DNA of 64,000 nt from the human T2T-CHM13v2.0 reference genome, Homo sapiens. This document shows, piece by piece, positions 53,691 to 64,000 of the stretch. The DNA is taken from assembly GCF_009914755.1 (NCBI RefSeq), contig NC_060938.1; one strand, given 5' to 3'. Each line of letters starts with the position of its first letter. The first letter of the stretch is position 1. The position numbers and the translations under genes were made by a program. The notes under the pieces are model-generated. The model was not told where the DNA came from and ran no database searches. It saw nothing but the letters and a program-made list of their open reading frames with translations.

Positions 53691-55870
53691 TAATAATTAA
53701 ACCTGAATATGTGTTGTCCCTATAGACTTTCTACTTTTAAATCTCTCTGAGTGTAGCTTCTTCAAATACAGTTAGGTTTTCAAAAGTGTTTATGATATTA
53801 ATTGCAAACTTTTAAAAGATAGAGGCTGTTTATGTTTTTATATCCTCTTGATCTAATACAATGCCATCTACATAGTCAGTGCCCAAAAAATATGTAAGGA
53901 AAGGGAAGAGAAAGAAGACGAAGAATTTCTACCGTGAAATAATGACAGGGTAGCTGGAGCATCCCGCTGAACTTTGAACTGCTTCTGCTTAAGGAATTTT
54001 AAAAGTTAAATTGCACTTGCTGCTTTAATTTAGCCATGAATATAAATTTCTTTGAAATATTATAAAACATCATACCAAAGCCAGTATGTAGTTTCAGGGA
54101 ATATTTATATTGTGTGGCAGTGCTGCCATTCATATATTTATTCCTAAGGATGACATTTATTAAAATCATTATTTCTCTTTTTATAAAAAATAAAGTTTTT
54201 AGGTATTTTTCTGAATATAAAAATTATACATGCTTAGTTTAGCTTTTGGAAAATGTCAAAAATCTATTTTAAATGTATATTAAAAGGAAGTATAAAAGTA
54301 AATAAGCTTACCAATAACCCCACTTCTCAATAATAATCATTTTATATTTTGATGTATTTCCTTACTGACATTTTTTATTTTCATAATTTTTTTCATAATG
54401 GAGATCTTCCAGATAATTTTATAACTTGGCTTTTTACCTGATATTCTACCTAATTGCCTTAAGGCTGTTTGTAAAAGATGGTAATAATTTACATTCCCAC
54501 TAAAAGCAAATGTGAGAAATCTTATCACACACTTAAGTTCATAAAATATAATAAAGTTCTTAATTTTTGCTAATTTGATAGAAATAAAAGATATATATTT
54601 TGTAATATTTCTATTTTTTCATTTTCAGGGCATTTTTATTGCTCTACTTTAGCTTGAAGAGGCCTAGTGTTTTTTTTAAACCACTCCCAAAAGGCAAAAA
54701 AGCTTTCAGAGATTCAAACATTAAAAAAATAAAAATTCAGTATCATTTATTACATTTTTTTCCAGCAGAAGACTGCTTATTTTGATCCTACAATGTAGTA
54801 TAAACTGGAATGGAAATGACTCTAAAAGTAAAATTTCTAATAATCCATATGTATTGTGTTTCCATTATCCTATCTTTTAAAGAAAGCTTCTGAACATTCT
54901 AGATGAATATATAGGGTGACTTCCTGCTGATATATGTCTCAATACAAAGGATAGCATAATCAAAGATATTGGCAATAAAGAGCTCAGTGTAAGATGGGTC
55001 AAGTTGGCGCATGATGTATAATAAAATTCACTACTATTCAGAAGGGCAGGCTATCAGGCAGATCAAGGAACCTAAATCACAGAACTTTCAAGTCACCCCG
55101 CTCAGGAATGACAGGAACCAAAATGCTAGTTTCATAGGTTAAAATTCCACCTATTTACTTTCATTTGTCTTAAAGACTATAGCATTTGGAAATCAAAGTA
55201 AAAATAGAGTAAACAAAAATTAGAAAATTATATAATCATAACTGGTCACAATGCTAATAGATTAATAGTTTTAATTAATTTTAAACAGCAGATGAAAGTA
55301 CTGAAAAATGCTGACTTCCAAAGAATGAGAAACCTATAATAGTCCTACTGCTTATGTGTTTTGTAGGCAATAATGAAATGCAATGAAGAAAGTATTCCTA
55401 ATATGTAGGAGACACAATAGAAAGCATAAGTAATTATTTGATTAAGAACCTCGCAATTAACTAACTTATTTAAAAATGCATAGTCAATAAATATCAAATA
55501 GTATATGATATATACTTAAATGCCAAATTTTATCATCCACATTTCAAATATCCTAAGAATTACAGAAGGAATACTCAGGGAATACTAAAGTGGTCACAGA
55601 AAACTTACATCGCATAATACACAAATTCCTTAATATCAAAATTCAATGAGTATAATGGAACAAAAATATAAAATTTTCAATAATTTTCAAATGAATGAAA
55701 GTAGGATAATTTAATTGTAAAATGGTAGAGAACTTTTTGCCCACTATTAGACTTATATCTGCTTAGGATAAATTGCCATCAACCTGGTTGTAATTCCCAA
55801 ATGAACTTTACCCCAGATTTTCTTTGCTCACGTTGTTTTTAAAAAGTGTATTGTAAAAATTACATATCTT

Positions 55871-56194
55871 GGGCAGGACACGGTGGCTCACGCCTGTAAT
55901 CCCAGCACTTTGGGACGCCAAGGCAGGTGGATTGCCTGACCTCAGGAGTTCAAGACCAGCCTGGGCAACACGGTGAAACCATGCCTGTGCTAAAATACAA
56001 AAAAATTAGCCGGGCGTGGTGGCATGCACCTGTAATCCCAGCTATTTGGGAGGCTGAGGCAGGAGAATAGCTTGAGCCCGGAGATGGAGGCTGCAGTGAG
56101 CGGAGATCGTGCCATTGCACTCTAGCCTGGGTGACAGAGCAAGACTCCGTCTCAAAAATAAATAAATAAATAAATAATAAATAATAAATAAAAA
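55871..56194 (+). mobile_element. AluS
   Basis: Full Alu with (TAAA) tail; 17-bp TSD taaaaattacatatctt at 55854-55870 and 56195-56211. Confidence 0.96.
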
Positions 56195-59100
56195 TAAAAA
56201 TTACATATCTTTCTTTCACTCAGATAATTTACTACAGAAAATCATGAAGTATAGCTTTTTTAAAAGTATCTCGAAATATACTACCATATGCTAAAAGACT
56301 ATGAATATGGAAGGATCAGTAAAATATTGATTGTGTTAAGAGCATGGAAATTGTAACAGCAAATTAATCTTGGTGTGAGATATTAAATATTTGCCTGCAA
56401 TTATTTACCCTAAAATTGTTTTATAAACCACTCGATTGACAGTTGTTATCTCTTCTCTACTTATCTCTTCTGTATATGACTGTTAACTGAACACTCCATA
56501 TTTTTGCCATTGTCTTATTTTTCATCAACTTAAAATGTTTTATTGAGGTAGCTAGCATCAACGACAAAAGAATAAAGTTATCTATAAAAGTTACACAGTG
56601 TACAGCTGATTTTAGGTAGAATATCAGTCCTTGGGAAATATGTTCAGAGATTTGTTTATTGTTCTCTACACTGTGGTTTAGTTATCATTAATCATTTCAT
56701 GATTTCTAAATTTAGCATCCCAGAAATAGGCGTTAGTGAAATATAAAAAATGTTTTAAAAATTAAAGGTATTTTGAAACCTTCAGCCACAGGCTATATTT
56801 TAGTAAAACAACAATAATAAAAAGACCTATAGGTCCTTTCTTGCCTTTTCCTCTCCCATCTACCTTAACTTTCGAGCTCTTATTCTTGCAATAGCTAGCA
56901 AGGGAGAAGCAAGAATAAAAGGAATTTATTTTCCTTTCTAAGTTCTCCTACTTATATCTATTATCCCTGAAGTAAGAGAGCTCAAGAATTCAAACATTAA
57001 GGCAACAATCTAATCTTCTCACTTTACTTACAGCCAGTTATTTAGTCCATTGCTTCTGAACCCATTATTTAATCCATTTGGTTGCAAACCTGTAATGTCA
57101 TATAAACATGTAGAAACAATTGTAGATTAAAGTTAAAAATAAAAAAGATAATTTTCTTTTCTACTATTTTTGCTTGATATTAACTTACTCTAGATAAATA
57201 TGTTGGTAGACAAGCTGAGAATATAGATGAAATCATGGTTTACATTCCTATTTTTATACATCCCTTATTCATGATCTGTATTTTAAATTTCAGACAAAAT
57301 CTAGTAGTACTTTGCATTTTCCTAAGTCTGCATAAGGAAACACACTCCACCCTAATTTTCTCAACTGCATGCCCCCCAAAACTAACTGGAGGAAAAATTT
57401 TGTCAGCCCCCTTAAGGGTGTAAGAACTTTTCTTCTGATGGCATGACTAGTAACTCTCTAATTGTCATGTTCAAGAACAATTATTTAACTTAGGCAAAGT
57501 TGGTGTTTATTTTATGGAATGAGTAGTCTCATGTCATCTTACAAATTTGGAAATTCTCTTTGAGACCACTGACTAAATTACAGGTAATAACTGTACCATA
57601 ATCATTCAAAATCTCTTTCTTTTGATTCCTAACTACACGTGGAAAAAATAAATAAATCAAAACTCATATAAATTTTGATATTTAGGAGAAGAGATAGACT
57701 CATTAAAAATAAAAATTACTGAATTTGTATTTTTCATAAGATCTAGACAACAAATAAAACTTAGTAACATGTACAGTTGTGCCATATGAAATTACTAATA
57801 TTCAACTGTTTTCAACCTATGGAAAAAAATTCATATCTTTCAACCTAAAATACTAGTAATTATTGCTCTTAAATAGAGGATTCTTGTCCTTAATGCCAAC
57901 TAAAGGGGCAGGGAACTATTAATTAATAATAGCTACATTGTATATTGTACCACTATTACTAGCAATTATTAATAGCTACTTTATATTTAGAACTTAAGCT
58001 TCAAGTTTTCAAAGAGAAACAGAGGTGTCACTAAGTTTAAATGTCTCCCCAAAAATTGATTATTGAAACTGTCCCTTTACTGGTTCCTTAAGGCCTGGTC
58101 TTGACTCATGACCCCTACAATATGCTCCAACAGGTGCTATATTTTCTTATCATTATGACTTTGTATTGCTCTTACCACTTTGTATTACTAATGCATGGTT
58201 AACTGCAAACTCTCTGAGGACTTGTCCCAGGCCTATCATTCCTAATTTCTAGCATTTTCTCAAATAGCATTAAGTGCTGAATTATTTTGGGGGTCAGGAT
58301 AAATTGACTGGAACTTGAAAAGTAATTGTATTGTCCTGGATTATTTTTATTTTATTATTATGAAGATAATTCATTCATCTCAGAATAATGAGTTTCATTA
58401 TTCTGAAAGAATGCAATCTAGGTTTCAACTAATACCATTTAAAATTAATATAGATCATTGTGACATCTTGGATTCAATGAAATATTGCAAATAAGAGGGG
58501 AAATTTTTATTGTGATAAAATGAAATCCCTACGTCCTTTTAGTAACTTGAAGTCATAGGATCTGTTTATGTCATATCAGAACAATTCTTAGTTCTTTGGA
58601 AGCATGCAGACTCTGTCATAGCTTTGTGGTAAGCAAATGGTGCTCTGTCTTTGCAAACAGTGGGGAAACCCTATATTATGAGGATGGAAGCCAAGTATTT
58701 ACTTAATGCTTTATTTCCATATCATATTCTTGTCTTAAAAGATCTTTTCTGTTGGACCATATCATTAACATTGTCTTATCTGCTAGATAACTTCCATGAG
58801 ACTGGTAAAAAAATGAGCCAGAAAATTCAAATGGAAATTTTCTTCAAGAGTGATAACTCCCTGGAGTTATGCGCCTTCTTGCTTACTCTGGCATAAATGG
58901 CCTTGATTGCTTTTTTTCTACTAAAGGGCATAACAAAATGCTCCTTTCTCTGAATATAAAAAGGACTATATAAATGAAAAATTTGAAAGAGCAAAACCAT
59001 CTTCTCTAAAAATATCACTACTGTAATATTACCATTTCTAGTTTTTATTGGGTTCATGGAAAGCCCTGCTGTGTTTTGTGAAAAGAGTTATCAACCCAAT

Positions 59101-59359
59101 GTTGTCATCTGTGGAATGAGTATATGGGACCAGATGCTTCTAAACTACTAGTTCAGAATTTTCTTAATTCTGGGTTTCCAAATATCTGGTGGATGTCACA
59201 GAGACAAAAATGGCTAAATTCTTGACTGAATGTTTTAGTTTTTAAATGTTTGCCATCATGCAATCAACTCAAAAGCATGAGAAAATATGGTAAAAGTGAT
59301 GGCTTGGAGTCAACAGCCTTTGAATTGATAATGTATAGTTTTTTAAAATAATGTATGGA

Positions 59360-59432
59360 TATGTTTTATTTTTATCTTTTGTGGGTACACAGTAGGTATA
59401 TATATTTATGGGGTACATGAGATGTTTTAATA
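59360..59432 (-). mobile_element. Extremely 5'-truncated L1 3' tip (~70 bp)
   Basis: ttttgtgggtacacagtaggtatatatatttatggggtacatgagatg; TSD-like aatgtatgg on both sides. Confidence 0.7.
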
Positions 59433-59645
59433 AATGTATGGCTTTTTCCTGAGAAAATTCACATTTTACTAAAGAAAAAGGAGCTCCAATTTAGAAATCA
59501 GAAGCCCTAGATTGGTTTTCCACCTCTCATACTTGCTAGCTTTGTAAATTAAACAAGACTTTTAACCACTATGAGTCTCAGTTTCTTCACCTATACTTTA
59601 GTGATCACTCTCAATTCAAAAGTGTAAATACAATGTTATGATACC

Positions 59646-60034
59646 TAATTTGGTTAGGCTTTGTGTCCCCACCCAAAATATCATCTTGAATTGCAATTCC
59701 CATAATCTCCATAATCCCCATGTGTCAAGGGAAAGACCAGGTGGAGGTAATGGAATCATGGGGGTGGTTTCCCCCATGCCGTTCTTGTGACAGTGAGTCA
59801 GCTTTCATGACATCTGATGGTTGTATAAGTGTTCAGTAGTTCCTCCTACATTCATTCTCCTTCCTGCTGCCTTGTGAAGAAGGTACCTTGCTTCCCCTTC
59901 ACTTTTCACCATGATTGTAAGTTTTCTGAGGCCTCCCCAGCCATGCAGAACTGTGAGTCAATTAAACCTCTTTCCTTTCTAGATTACCCAGTCCCAGGCA
60001 GTTCCTTACAGCAATGTGAAAATGGACTAATACA
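59646..60034 (+). mobile_element. THE1 (C/D-like) solo LTR
   Basis: ggttaggctttgtgtccccacccaaa...gagtcaattaaacctcttt...ggactaataca; 5-bp TSD ATACC. Confidence 0.92.
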
Positions 60035-60095
60035 ATACCTGTAATATTGTTATCTGCATTACTAATGTATTATGTTACTTGTTTTCTGTTATTTG

Positions 60096-60815
60096 TGTTG
60101 GAGCTCAGAAAATTATATCCTAAAACATGGCACGCTGAACACTTTAGAAATAAAGGAAGCTGGAAGGCCTTAGAAGCTGCCTCAAAATCAATGACCTTCT
60201 CTTGTCTCTCCCTGCCTCCCAAATACAGGGAGGAGCTCTTTCTGCAATTTCCATATCTGAATGATGAAACTTTTTTCCAAAAGAAATGCAATTGTTTTAA
60301 ACCCTTTCCCTAGGAAAGACTGACCACTGAATAAGAGAAGGAAATAGGAGAAAAGAGACTAATAATGGTCATCATGCCCAGACAGACATTTCATCTATTC
60401 TTCTGCGGGCAGCTCCAAGAGATTACATAAGAGACTATATCTGCATAATAAGAGAACCATTGTTCATAGTGCAGTTCTGCCCCTTTCATTCTTGTAACTT
60501 GTGGATCCCTATCAGTTTCCAAAGAGGATCCTTTACAAACCATTCTCTGTTTATTGGGCTGATTCATTTCCCCTAGAAAACATTTACTAACCCTCAAAAT
60601 TGCCCACATTTCTCCATCTCCCTCTCCCCTGTGAAGAGGTTGCTAATTAAGCTTCAGCCATCTGGCCTTTCTTTATCTCATATTTTATACAACTCCCATG
60701 TTTATGCACATTAATAAATTTATATACCTTTTTTCCTGTTAATCTGTCTGTTGTAAGTTCACTTCAGCAGACGTGAACCTTTAGAGGGTGAGGCAAAATA
60801 GTCTTCACTCCTACA
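60096..60815 (+). mobile_element. MER39/MER34-like ERV1 solo LTR
   Basis: tgttggagctcagaaaattatatcctaaaacatggc...aataaa...ctcctaca. Confidence 0.75.
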
Positions 60816-61043
60816 TCTTTCCTGTGTCCATTATTTGCTGCATTATTAATATAAATGTTACTTGCAAATATTGATGTAAATAAAAGCATTATTATTTTGA
60901 ACTATCTGCCTCTACTAGACAAAAGTCAAAGCAATTAACCTCTGATCAGAGGATAAAATATAAGTAAAATTTGTAAAGCTGGATTATGCGTCTATGATCT
61001 TTTCTATGATCATTATGTTATTGCAGCTTTCTGCTGGTGATAT

Positions 61044-61832
61044 TGTGATTATAACAAGAAATATATATTTTGGTTTTTGTCACAGGTTGCTAACACAGAG
61101 CTCCTAATCCCTTGGAATTTTCCAGTTGATAGGAGCATTTTTGTTATAATGAGGTGACTTTTGGTGGGCTCCTGGGTAGGGGCTGCCCACCAGAAAGATA
61201 AAGCCATGATTAGAAGCTTAAAAGTTTCAGCTCCATCTTCCATTCCCATCATCCAGGAAGGGGAGAGAGGCTGAATATTGAGTTAATAATCAATCATGCC
61301 TACATGATGAAGGCTCCATAAAAGTTCCTGAACTACCAGACAAAAGAGATTCCTGGTTGTTTTAACATGGGAAGTGCTGGAAAGGTGGCACACCCAGAGA
61401 GGGTGTGGAATCTCCATGCCCCTTCCCACTAACCTTGCTCTGTATACTTCTTCAACTGGCTCTTCATCTGTATGATTTGTAATATTCTTTCTAGGAAACT
61501 GGCTAATTTAAGTGTTTCTCTCAGTTCTGTCAGCCATTCATAGGCCTGTGGAAAGGGTCATGGGCACCAACAATTTATACCCAGTCAATGAGAGTAATTA
61601 AGGTCCCAACTTGTGATTGCAACCCCCAAAGAAAAGTGGGGGCAGTCTTGTAGGACTGAGCCCTTAATTTGTGGGATCTGACTCTTAACTACAGGTGAAT
61701 GGTAAAAGGATTGAATTAAATTGTGGACATTCAGTTGGTATCAGAGTAGCAGTGTGGGAAGAAGTCCACATATTTTGGGGACCAGAAGTGCTATACTGAG
61801 AGTATAGAAGGGGAAACAACTTGGTTTTTCCC
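61044..61832 (+). mobile_element. MER21-like LTR
   Basis: tgtgattataacaagaaatatatattttgg...acagagctcctaatcccttggaatttt. Confidence 0.75.

Positions 61833-64000
<2,168 letters not shown>

Noticed and set aside
56824-56835. 12-bp palindrome gacctataggtc
   Set aside because: Expected by chance at this length; no supporting context
40848-60815. Two same-orientation MER34/39-like LTRs as ends of a provirus
   Set aside because: 19 kb apart with no gag/pol/env between them; the first is a solo insertion inside the pseudogene UTR

Overview
AT-rich, CpG-poor primate (human-like) genomic DNA, intronic or intergenic. About half is recognisable transposable elements: L1 fragments of several ages, L2, MIR, about ten Alu or Alu monomers, many solo ERV1/ERVL/MaLR LTRs, and one complete LTR-int-LTR MST element. 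The only gene-derived sequence I recognise is an old, disabled, full-length processed pseudogene of YWHAZ (14-3-3 zeta) on the minus strand (~39964-42742), later interrupted by an LTR and an Alu. No intact protein-coding gene is evident; the listed ORFs are repeat-derived or chance. The structure that repeats do not explain is of three kinds. (1) Several templated-insertion or template-switch scars: an inverted ~100 bp copy plus a snap-back hairpin at 31.3 kb, a locally captured ~90 bp piece at an L1 junction at 5.4 kb, a micro-inversion at 7.06 kb, and a young duplication at 50.2 kb. (2) Candidate cryptic exons: a 27-nt minus-strand microexon at 3815-3841, a plus-strand exon pair that would give a 37-aa smORF, and a recursive-splice-like site at 45940. 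(3) A CRE/MARE-containing candidate enhancer at 22.1 kb. I cannot support a claim of a new biological system. Subfamily names and the boundaries of old repeats were judged by eye and are approximate.
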